DNA of 64,000 nucleotides from Podarcis filfolensis (taxonomy: Eukaryota): the NCBI GenBank assembly GCA_964270895.1, contig OZ185440.1, one strand, 5' to 3'. Below, in pieces: positions 36,584 to 49,000 of this stretch. Under the pieces are notes generated by a model. The model was not told the DNA's origin. It did not search any database and saw only the letters and a program-made list of their open reading frames with translations. The stretch's first letter is position 1, and each line of letters starts with the position of its first letter. The translations under genes were made by a program, and so were the position numbers.

Positions 36584-37159
36584 TATTGACTGTGAACTGA
36601 GCAAGTGGACACATAACCATGTTGCGGCAGTGTGCTCCTCTTCAGTGCCAGCTTCTATGGTACTTCATTCCATTCCCATATTTTTCAGTCCACCTGCCTG
36701 TGCTCTCTGGGCTACCAAGAAATTGTCCTTATTGGCCTATTCTGCAGTCCCCCTAGTCCCCCCAGGATTGTGTTATTGCATACCTTGGGGTTAACCAAAG
36801 CCTTTTGATACCTCTCTTGTGCATGGGCGGAACCATTTTGGCTACATAAGCCATGGGACTTGTACTGGAATTGGCTGCAGTTCCCTCCCCGCTTCCTGGT
36901 CAGTCAGCTGTCCAGTTCTCATTAGCCTGTTTTGGGTCTCCTTCTATGGACATACCTCTGCCCACTGCATTTAATTTCTTCACTGATGGGCAGCTTACTG
37001 CCCCATCCCTAGGGATGTTTAAAAATAGCTTCTAGAATCTGAGATTATCCATTTATAACATCATATTCCAGCCACTCTATTCCCTGCTCATCCCATTGTC
37101 AGGTTTCCCATTTCCCACTTAACATTCCATATTATGTGATTGGGACAAAAACACCCCCC

Positions 37160-37160
<1 letters not shown>

Positions 37161-37192
<32 letters not shown>
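37161..37192. repeat. (AC)n microsatellite
   Basis: About 16 units. Confidence 0.95.
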
Positions 37193-37196
<4 letters not shown>

Positions 37197-37929
37197 TGCT
37201 TTTCCAAGTTTCTTTGCTTGCTTGTATCTTGCTATTACCCCCCCCCAAGTCTGCTGCTACCATCAGTAATAGCATATACTGTAGTTAATTATCTCACTTG
37301 TAAATCAAAGATAGTATTTTAAACTCATTTGCTTTGCTAGCATTACTATAAAGTTCTAAGGATGACATAGTAAGTTCTTAGTTTGTAGCCAACATTGTTC
37401 TGCTCGTGTAGAATTCTGCTTGTGTACAAGATTGGATGTAGTATCCATTGTGTCCTGCATATCTACTGAAAACTTCAAATTCACAGCAGTGCCATAACTA
37501 TGAAGGATAAATCACTGCGATTTGCATATGGTTGTAGTTTCAAAGGTATCTCAAATTATTTCACCCTCAGGATGCAATCATAAACACACTAACAAAGCAA
37601 GGAGTAAGACCCACTGAACAAAGCTTCTGAGTAAAGTGTGTGTAGGAATACACTGCTGAAGTAGTTATGTACATTAGAGACTTAGACTGCAGTCCTAACC
37701 CCACTTACCTGGGAGTACGCCCCACTGAATTAAAAAGGACTTACTTCAGAGTGGATATCATTAGCATTACACTGTTAAAGAATAGCTGCACCCTGAACAT
37801 GAATCCTCGGGACAGAAGGTAAGTGGTCTTAACACAGAATTTCTAGGTTTACTTGCAGACTATTAATGATTTTTAAAAAAGCAAATGCAGAACTGATGCT
37901 AGGCATTATACAATAAAGAGTGGAAAAAC

Positions 37930-40900
37930 CACAGAAGGCATATTTATGGGTTATAAAAGCCCTTTTATAAAGCCATTTTTAAACAAAACCAAGAAGTTTA
38001 CAAAAGAAAATAAGATACAGAAGAATAAGTTGCTTAATATATTCCCAAAAAAAGAGAAAAAAATGAGGGGGACACAAATCCAACATGCTGAACAATAAAG
38101 GGTTCTTTTCCATGTTCTCTTTTAATACAAAATACAAGCCAAGGATACACATACTTAAAACAGAGCTCAGGAGCAGATATGCAGTCCTGGGAACCCTTCA
38201 ATAAAAAGCAAAGCAAGGTTTGTTAATTTTTTTTTAATTGCAAGTACATACAGAGACTGGAATATGTAAAATTAAGTAGCACAAAAGACCATCACACAAT
38301 TCTACCAATGCATGTTGCATCTATAATTCACGAACATGGTCAACAACGTCATGTTCACTTCAACCCCCCTTTCTTTAAAAAAATGCATTTTTTAAATAAA
38401 GCATTAATGTTACATTCAAACTGAACTTCTAGTACCATGCTGCAGATTTCATTGTCAAGGGAATGACAACCCTATTGGCTATTAATAGGACTGGTGACTG
38501 TGGCATCCTGTCTAGCAATATTCCTTCAGATAATTGACCAGCTGAAGTGCCATATTTTAGTCAGCAGCCTGTCTTTCAAGGCCATGAAAAAAATCCAGGG
38601 GAGACCAAGAACTCAACAGGGTAGTGAACACCAAAGACAAATATCCACTGCATTCCATTTCATCAACCTGTAGCTGATGCCAAGGGCAGCTGCCCCACTT
38701 GGAGTCTTTCTTTTTACCTCTTTACATTTGAGAATAGTTCAGGGTTTTACTGTGACATGTTCCTGGTAAACAAATTATGTAATTCTCTTATATACAACTT
38801 TTGTAATAACTGTTTCTGCGGGAAAAGTAAAGTTCACAAATTTCTAACACACATTAAGTTGTCAGACGGACACCCACACATGCACGCTTACACGCACACC
38901 CACTCCCATTCACACAAGATACTTGAAGGGGTTTTCATGTTATTGTGGCTTAAAGCAAGTTTGCGTATTGTTTTGCCCCAAACCCCTATAAAAAATCCCT
39001 CCCCAGATATACAAAGCATATGCACAATGGTATCTTGCAGTCACACCAAGCATGCTCAAACTGATGGAACCATTCCATTTTCTACAGTTTTGTACAGGGG
39101 CAGGTGGGGCAACAGGTACTCTCAACAGTGGTCAACACAGCATATAGTGAATGCTTTGATAGACTTGAAAGGCAAAAGCTCTGCTTCAAGGGATAGAAAA
39201 GTTTCATGAAGAAAAACCAAGTGTGAGCTACCCAGTGAAGCAAACTGAAATGAGAATGGGGGGAAAGGAGGAATACCAATGGCAACTGTCAGCTTAGTGA
39301 ATTATGGGTCCTTAAATTATTACAAGTATACCCCATGCCCAAGAGGAGATTTGCTATCCAGTTTCCATTTGGGCCCAAGATTCCACAAGTTGTTTGTTCC
39401 AAATGCAACTCGAAAAGGAGGGGGGAGAGAAGAGGGAAGGGTTGTTGGGTTTCAGTAACAGGTGGACCCAAGCCCCACACAGAGCCTATTCAATGAATAT
39501 TTGGAGGGAAGGGGGGAAACAGTCAAATTCCTCCACGAAGCACTAATGTAACTTTCCAAATAGCTAAAATCATAGGAATCAATTTCCTTTTATTTTATAA
39601 AACAATGTGCCAACATTATGATTTGTTTTAAAAAAATAAACACTCCACAGAAAAATTACATAAAGCAAAAGCACCAATTTCTACAGCTCATAAGCTTCCA
39701 GCATGTTATAGCTCTTGTCCTGCCCCACCTCCACTCATTAGTTTAGCTGTTTGTTGTACTTGGGAGTCATGCTTTAAAATTAAGTTTTAAAAAGTATTTT
39801 CAATCCACATAATTAAACGTTTCCGTACTTGGTGCAGGCATATCACAATTGAGTATATTCAGTATCTGCATCACACCTTCCCTACTAACAATTCCAGAAG
39901 GGTTTACAGACCACCTGAATGTATATACATTTCCCCATCTCTCCCAATATATTTATACACGATTCGTACGTTAGATTAAACTGAGCACTAAGCCCCTTGA
40001 TTTAAGTTTTATTGATTTGCCCTAAAACATTAGATTGAAAAGTAAAAGCCATCCTATACTTGGATATTCACCTTTAAGGTGTGCAGGCTGTTTCTTCAGC
40101 ACCATGGCAACCACTATCTTGTCAAGTCCCCAAGGTAAGCTGCAAAAACCCTTTCAAACCCCTACTAAAATTCTGTTTATACCCTTACTGCTTTCACAGT
40201 TGCTTGCAAAGCTAAAACTTATGATACACTGAAAATATCTGCTTTTGGTTTTTCAGCAAATTTGTAGTAAATCTTAGTAAATAACCTGCCACTCCCAGGA
40301 AGCAATCGATGTACAGTAACACACACTGAAGTATACCGATTTGTTTCTCTGGCAATACTTGTTCCAAGGGACAAACTAGTGAACTGATACGGCTATCACA
40401 TCCCTAGAATACTGCACTCAGAAGCCATATACACTGGGGCAGAGAAAACTGATTTTGCAAACTAGAATTACAAGTTTAAAATATTGACATTATTTTGCTA
40501 GTGTTACATGGACTGCAGGAGGGAAACACTTTCCTTCCATCTCTGGACTATAAAGAATGGTGAGAGAAAGCAGTTAAATGTTTTCACTCACAATATTCTA
40601 AATATTTGCTTCCAGGGAGACATATGCAGAACCCAGTAAAATCATAGCATATAGTTTGGGTTTTCACAGATTCAACATAAAATAGCCTGCTCTCCATCAT
40701 GTACAATATCTGATACACAAAAGTGTTTTTAAAAATTCAAGGGGGTAATGGGTTCAAATAAACGAAGAAGAAAAAAACAGGAGTCTTGATGACTTCCTTA
40801 TGCATCCTATACACGGTTGAATGTGTTAAAGAAAGGATGCCAAGAAAAAAAAAGACACACATTTTTCAAAATAAGTGAATCAGCAGCAGAAACATATTCA

Positions 40901-42834
40901 GACAGCAATAAGCAGTTGGCTGATCATAATGGCTAGAGCTAAGCTCTCAAAAATGTGTACATTTGGAGCAGCCAAATAGACTAGGTCACCAAGTGCTTCA
41001 TTTGCAGTATAGGATAAGTTTACCACTTTGAACTCAACACTCTGAAAGAAGCAATACAGTCTTCATGCCCGTAGTACCCAGATCACACAGCCAATTAAGC
41101 TTTGGCTAAATTGGCAAATGTGAGTCAAGCTGGACTGGCTTCTGTCCACGGAGGATCTCAAGATATTTTTGCTCTCTAGTTATTGTTCAAAAACACATAT
41201 GCTAACATCAAAACTGTTACTCCAACCCAGGAGGAATTTGTGTTCTTTCACTAAACCCCAAAGCAGATGTAAAGTGGAAGTCATGTAGACACAAGTAGAG
41301 CTATTATAAACAGCAGAAGTCTGAAGAAGCCAAGGTTTAAAAGCACATACCTACGCCATGTGTGTGTATGCATGTGTGAGAGAAAGAACCTACATGGTAT
41401 TTCACTGCTTTTATATTCTTTGCATGGTCTTACAATACTAGTCAAGAAGACCTTGTCCTTGAAGAGGATGCTTGTGAATAGCATTCTCTATACTTTTAAC
41501 CATCTTAGCACAGATGACAAAGGATCTGGCTTCAGAACACTGATACTCAAAATCAATTTGCAAAGAGATTATGGTTGAAAGTGTTATTGCAACTGTACAA
41601 AATGGAAGATGTAAAGCAGATGGCACTCCAACTCACTCTTAATACTGCAGTTCCTTTACCTGGGACTGAAAAGCAAAATCTGTCTTGTGTCTAAATTGGC
41701 AATACTGATACATCAGTGAAAACTTGTTTTGCGCACTGGAAAGATATCCTGATTTTGAGATGCACTATTTCTGCTGCATCATGTCTTCCAGTTCACACTC
41801 TGTTCCTCACTTATCCTAGGTATATGGCCTCTGCTAACTAGAGAATAAGTAAGATCTAGCAATGGAGAAAGCAGAAAGCAGGGGAAACTAAACTAAGCAA
41901 GGAAATGATGGTTCAGGATAAATTAAACCCCTTGTTGGTGGAAGCTGTGTAGTCTGACTTTTGAGGATCTCAGGGAAAGGAGTACTTAAGCCATGACTCT
42001 TGGATTGAAAAAGACACTGTGCCAATATATATAATACCTCTCTCAGCCTCCCATCCCAACTTTTCAAAACAGTTGTTCCAGCTTCCAAAAATCTCCCTGA
42101 AACCAAGCTTTAAATTTTATGCAAAGCTTCAAAGCAGCATAAAAAGATGGACATTTCAAAACGAATGAGTCAGGAAAAAAATGAATGCAGTTCTGCCAAC
42201 TGGAATCCTATCCTTATCAATAAGCAGCAATAGTATCTACGGCATGAACAGGTAGGGTCTTTCAGAAGACTGAAAAATAGAACAGACCAAATGGTCATTA
42301 AAACAAGACTGTGGAACCCCAAACATTCAGAGTATTGGAACTTAAAACCCATGATGGATTTCAAACTAATTCATATACTAATTATGTCAAAGGAAATGCA
42401 ATGTGCAATAATATATTTGTTTTGGATTCAATTAAGCAACAGTTGCCTTAGAAGAATTTCTGCAGCTTTGGAAAACCTATACCATTAGTTAACTATGATT
42501 TCCAAGTATCAGCCTCATCCTTATTGCTTTACAACTGCAGTAAGCCTTCAAAAAAATATCTTTAGTATGCTGTTAATTTAAATCTAAATGGCTTTCAAAT
42601 TTGGTTGGGGAGAACGGAATGGCCAGTAGAGACTGTGATGTCAAATCATTATTGTGTAAAGGTTCTCTTAAAAAAAGAAGAAAGTACTGTACTATTAAAA
42701 CAGCTAAAGTAAAGGTGGCATTCACAGCCCATGAGTCAAGCCACAACCAAAACCATGTTCTACCCCCTAAGTATATTCTCTTTTCCTTACTCTCTCTCGC
42801 TCTCTCAAAAAAAGTTTCTCTCCCACACCACCAT
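37930..42834 (-). other. NUCKS1: Probable long NUCKS1 3' UTR (about 4.9 kb; distal end approximate)
   Basis: Follows the stop codon. AT/U-rich with no recognisable transposon, unlike its flanks. AATAAA on the minus strand at 39589-39594; variant signals (TATAAA/CATAAA) followed by a GU-rich tract near 37.92-37.97 kb. The end point is inferred. Confidence 0.5.
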
Positions 42835-43034
42835 TTAATCTTCACCAGAGGGGACGTCATCTTCAGACCCTTCATCCCCAGATTTGTCTGGAGGAGGACT
42901 AACTGATTTCTTCTTTCCTGGAGGACTTTCAGGCTCTTCGTCATCATCTTTTGGGGATGGGGTCTTTTCTTTTGATGTCTTTGAAGCTGTGGGACGGCCT
43001 CCCTTCCCTTTGCCCTTCACTGGACTAGGTGTAA
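42835..43034 (-). CDS. NUCKS1: NUCKS1 exon 8 coding part ([19 protein letters not shown]...SGED*)
   Basis: ttttcttccttcag|TTACACCT...GAAGATTAA, 200 nt to the stop codon; contained in track ORF 42835..43065. Confidence 0.97.
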
Positions 43035-46000
43035 CTGAAGGAAGAAAAGCATCAAAATGTAACAAAGAATCTTACAATTAGTGCTTTTTTTAAAAAAATA
43101 GCTTCTGAGCACATTTTAAAATATGTTTTTCCTTTCTTAACTTTTCAATCTGGTAACGTAGGAATGAAAACGTATTAGTACTATTGAACATAGCTTAAAT
43201 TCCTACAAGATGATGCTTGTCAGGGCCCTGAGAAGTGTGTGGCAGAGGCCCCCTGAGGCTGATCCAGGGGGTGGGGTCAGTGATTTATGGGCTTTTGTGC
43301 CACCTGTGAGGCAGGAGCTTGGTCTGGACCAAGTGTCTGAACAGTCAGAGACAGTGGAAGGGGTGCAGGATGCGTCAGGAGCAGAGGAAGAAACTGTTGA
43401 GAGGGGCAGGCTGGTAGAATCCCCTCCGTCACTTTCCCTGTTGTCTCCCAGGACGGGTTTGAAGAGACAGGCACAGCAGCGATTTCAGTGTAGAAGTCAC
43501 AGCTTGTTTGTGTGTACCCTGTCAGGGAAGGGAACTTAAGTGTGGGTGGAGGCAGGGTCATGTGGACGCAACAGTCCAGCTCAGAGCACAAGCCCGGGGA
43601 AAGAGTACCAGTTATTCAGTTGCCATAAGAGTGTGTGTGTTTGGTGCACCTTAGGAGCTACTCTAGTGCATGCTGTCAGTAAAGAATTAAGCTACTGGCT
43701 GTTTGTCTTCCTTGGGCTTGGTGTGCTCAGGTCAATGCCCAATTCCTCCTAATAAGAACCATATTTTTTAAAATTATTTAAAAGACTTATGAGAGCCTGC
43801 TATTGTGTCAGCAATAAAATGTGCCAGCAGTGAGGCACCCTCTCCCACATCCTTCTTAAAGGTGCCATTAAAACTTTCTTAGAACTGATGCTCACCATCT
43901 TTCTCTTCTGCAAGGGTAAGCAGCCAGTTATGATAAAAGCAAATTTGAAACAGAATGACTTTCACTAAAATACGAAGGCATCACAGGGTTAGTGTAATGT
44001 AAGCTGGGCATGTGGCAATTACATGGTTGTACATACTCCTAAATAATGCACAGCATTTCAAGTGTTGTAACTGATTTTAGGCTGAAAACACAGCCAGCGT
44101 GAATGCATTTATTCTAAAATTCTCCTTCAGTATAGCAACTAAAGGTTGGGAGCACCATCTCTTCCTTTCTCCTAGAATCATGATACATTTGATATTTAAA
44201 GGAACATAACAGTTGGGCATACCCGTTATCCAAGTAATTGTTTAGATAATTTAATCCAAGCCTCCAAAAAAATTTCCACCCACACTGTGCTTACACTTTT
44301 CTTAAGACAAGGTTTAACCAAATGAGTATTTATGCTTTCAGGATGTATGTAGCTTTGGGTACACCTGGAACTGTGCTAAGATTCACCATATTATTTTCAC
44401 GCCTAATGGAAGAAAGGGAATTTATTAGGATTGGTAGGCACGAACATCACCTGTTTTAATCAGCACTGGCAAGTGGTCTGAACACAATACCGGTAACCAA
44501 GAAGTCATAAGAATCCCATCCTGATACAGCCACTAGCTTCTTTGAAATCAGGAGCAATCCATACAAGAACTTTCCAGCAATCAGCTCTACCACATTATAC
44601 AGACTGCCATGTATGTTAATAGGGATAAATTGCTAGTTGAAAATTGATTGCTTCCTATCCTTTCAAGCACAAGAGGTGAAGAGCTGAGAAAACATAAGCA
44701 CTTGCAAGCAAATTTCCATTATGTTATTCCTAACAGGTGCAAAGGGGAAGCAAGCTGAGCTCACCTGTAGCCTTTAGCCTTGGTTTAGGCATTTTCTTTT
44801 CTTTCCTTTCTGGTTTGGATTTCTTAGCCACTTTTTTGTTCTTCTTTTTTGAACTGCCATAGTCACTATCATCATCATCTTCCACAAGGAAGTCTTCATC
44901 GCTGCCAGACTCTTCTGTGCAGAGAGAGAGGAATGAAATGTCTCTAAGAAGGGCTGTCCTTGTTCACTTGGAAGAGAGACAGAATGGGGGAGAAAGTCTG
45001 GTAGGTTGATCAAGGGATAGAAGTCAGCATTCTTGGCTTCTATATCCTGTAACATACTTGCTAGAACTTGGAGAAATCAGGACTTCTGCGCCTCAGTATT
45101 TCCTCATGTAAATCTGCTTTATGACTGGTGACAAGCAGCACAATTATTTAAAACAGCAGTGGCATAGGCATAGTTCTCCTTCCCTCAAGAGCAATTACAT
45201 GGAGGCTCATCCTGACCATTTCCTATGCCAGCTGCTGTAGGTTCTATATGAATTCCCTTCCCAGCCTATGTCTGTTCTCTTGTTCAATATGGTCTTCCAT
45301 CTTGTAGCAAGCTGTAGAAGTGCCCTCGGAAGCAAACACCAGTAACTTATTATATATGGAATAGCAGTAGCTTACTGCTTCCTATAACAGACTTCCAGGT
45401 TTTGAATCCAGATGTCCATGATTCTAGTTCATCAGCTCACTGGGTTTCTCTTGTTTATTTGCACACACTCACAGCAAATATCAAACGGGTCCCCACTTTT
45501 CATCATTTAGAGCAAGGGTATGTCAATTTGCACAACAGACAAGCAAGAAAGCAAAATCTGAGGTGCAGGCATTTTACCACATATTGATTTTTAATTGCTA
45601 ACCATGTACACAAGGGGATTTGAGGCCCTTTACTGTCTCCTGAAGCCAGATAGGATGGTATTTGTAATCAAAGTGGCCTGTTCAGTTTGTTGTCCAGTGC
45701 TGAAGATAAAACAGTGACGAATATGGCAAGTTTGTATCTTACTAATAGAAATATTGACTAAAAGCTCTCCACAAGTCCAAAAAGATTTGGACCCTGAACT
45801 TGAGGGACAGCATTGTTTTCCCTTCCCTCTTTGTTGTCAACAGCCAAGCTGGACACTAAGTACATTAACAATGAAGTGCATTCAATACTCAAGAAGCAGA
45901 AATGTCAAGTTTGCCTACCTTGGCAGCTTAGCCTGGATAGATCAAGCATGGATGTAATTTGTCGAACCCACTCCTATTCTACATTGTGTGTGCCGTTCAG

Positions 46001-49000
46001 TGCCACTTACTTTCCTGAAACGATGCCTCCTCCTCTTCCTGGTCTTCCTCCTCACTGCCCACATCATCCATGAGCATTTCTCGCTGCTTGGAAGCAGCTT
46101 TGGATGCTGCCTGTCGCTGCTGGCGCACATTTTTCTGATCTTCTTTCTCATCCTCACTGTCCTCTGTTATAAAGTCACCAAAGAACACTGAAGATGGACA
46201 GTACAGCACACATTTCCAACTGGGGTAGGGAAGAAACTAGGGGGAAATAAAGGCTTATCTATTCATGACATAATTCAGATTTGCTGAACACGAAACTTAT
46301 CTGAAAGCTTCTAATTTTCAATCATTCTGAAGTTGTCTCCATGCAAAATACCCATCTGTAATGGTAAATAATGGAACACCGAGCACTGGTTAACCTGCTG
46401 CTCTCTACACTGGAAATGGAACTCAGTAGAAGCAGGGCTCAGAAGTGCCTGGCGTGCTCTGGTCCATGGGGTCACAAAGAGTCGGACACGATAAACGACT
46501 AAACAACAACAAGAAGCAGGGCTAGTTTTTACATAACATACTTTTCATTTCCCTTCTCTGGCTCTCTCATCTGAGAAAAGGTAGCAAAGCTTTGTGGATA
46601 AACATCGATTCTTTCTTTCTTTTAAAAAGGGAAGTATAATCAAAATCAGAACCAAGATGCTAATCAAATGAGGACAGAAAAGGATGGATAGAGCCAGGGC
46701 CAGCTCACCCAGGAGGCAAAGTGATGTGACCATGTCAGGCAGCTGGATCCACAGGGGCAGCAGATCCCCATGTAGATCATCATTTACTTGTTATACCTGA
46801 TGTAGATCTTCACTCACCCCTTCTTCCCTGGCGGGGAGGGGCTGCCATTTTATGGTTCACCTCAGGTGCCAAAATGTCTTTGGCTGCCTGGCCCAGGGTA
46901 AAACAATCCCAACCGTCACCAGGCAGCAAGGCACGAGTTGAGCAGCTGATTGGGCATGAGGCTGCCAAGTGATAGTGGTGGGACTGGCTCAGGATCCGCC
47001 ACCACCCCCCAAAAGCATTCTGTTCTGGAGATTTTTGTGGGCACTTCAGCAGGCAGAACACGGAGTTCACCCTTGGAAGAGTGACTTTGCCATAACTCTG
47101 CGATCAGAGGTCTTTTTGAGCTCAGAGGGGGAAGCCTTCCCCAGTACAGCAGATTGTAGGTTTGTGTTGTGGCCTAAGAACAGTTACTGATGAATGTTTT
47201 TTGTTTTAAAAAAATTATTAACTATTTTCACATAACAAATTATTCCAACAATTGTATTTTCCCCCAATTCCCCCCCCCCACGACTTCCCTCAGTTCCTCT
47301 TTCTGGTTTGTTAACATATATTGTTCTTTACATATTATAAAAATGTAAAAATCTCTAAATTATCCATCTATTGTGTTAACAAATTTGTGTATGTTTATTC
47401 AAAACTGATGAATGTTTTAATGTACATCCTTTGGCTGAAGGGACTGTGCTAAGCAGCACAGGCTACAAAAAGCTTTGAAGCAAGTCCAGTGAGGAAGCAG
47501 AATGTGGAATAATATTTATTCTTCAACAAGTTTAGGTATAACTTGACCAGTCTTCCATTCACACACCTAATATGTATGGTTGCTTAGATATGCCAAGTTG
47601 GCTAAATTAAGTAAGAAATGGGTCCTCCCTCAGTTTTCTGAAACAGAATTACCTGAAATTGTCTATGTAAGATGTTATGCTGGTTATGACATGTATTAAG
47701 GCTGCAATCCTAACACCACTTATCTGGGAATAAGCCCTGCTGAATTTGCTCTGACTTACTTATCAGTAGACATGGCTAAGCTTGCACTGATAGGCATTAA
47801 CTGAATCCATAGATACAAATATATTGCAGGAAGCTGAAGTTTAATGTAGGCCAGGTTGCACATATCATTACCTACTGCTTCATGCACAGGGACATCTTTA
47901 GCTTGAGGTCACATCGGAATGGGTCAAATGCCAGTGATGGGTGGAGATTAAAGGCAAAAGTGAGTGGAGCAATGGATATTACTCTTATAGTGGGCTACAT
48001 TTCAGGCAAGCAAAAGCCAGAGGTTTCTATTCCTTCTCCCATACCTCTCCATCCTCTAACATGGAAGCAAGAAGCATCATCACAGTTCAAGGACGTATTC
48101 CACTCAAGAAAGTAGAGTAGAACCAATGAGGGTTGTAGCCTGGGGACAGATTTTGGTCTAGAGAGTGTCTTGAGGGCTAGATAAAGAAGCTCGGAGGGCC
48201 ACATTTGTCCCCAGCACCTGAGGTTCTCCATCCCTGGCTTAATGTGAATGTGCAGGGCACTTCTGCACACTGCTGAAAACACACTTTGTTCCTCCCTTGC
48301 TTCTACTAGGAAACAAACTATGGGCTCACTAGTTACGTCATGTGAATCATACGTCCCTGGTTTTTCTCCAAACACACCATAAATGGTAAACCAAGAACAA
48401 ACTTTGGCTTCTGTTCATGGTTTCTTTGGAGAGGAACAAACCACGAGCCAATACAACAAGCCACAGCACAGCTTGTTTCCCGGAAACATGGCAGAAGCAG
48501 GAGAGGAGAGGAGAAAAGTGAAGTGCCCATGATTTCAGTAGCGTGCACCCAGCACAATGCTCATTCCCACTGAACCATGATTTTAACTATGGCTGAACAT
48601 GACATGCAAACCAAGTCATAGTGAGTTACTTGATTTACACAGCCTTTACCTGCAGCCCTTTTCCTGGATTTGGAAGTTGCTCTTTTGTTCTTGTCAGGTT
48701 TCACTTTTTTCCCTTTTTTGTTCTTCTGAGAACTCTCATAGTCACTATCAGCTTTGCCATCATCTGCTCCTAAGTCATCCTCACTGCCAAAATCTTCATC
48801 TGAGGAAAAAATTGTGATAAAAGTTATTCTTAGCCTTCTACTGCAGGGGAGCACAATCAGAAATGGTAGACTATTCCAGGCTTTAATGCTAAAGACCAGT
48901 GAGCAAGCGCAGAACAAAGGAAAGTGCATTTGATACTGTTACAGACAATTTAGAGAAGAACACAGTCAACATTTCTGAGAGAAGCAATGGCAGGGAAAAG

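Noticed and set aside
1-37900. Coding exons of SLC45A3, ELK4 or RAB29 expected from human synteny
   Set aside because: No matching peptide was found in the ORF track or by eye; any such exons lie outside the window.
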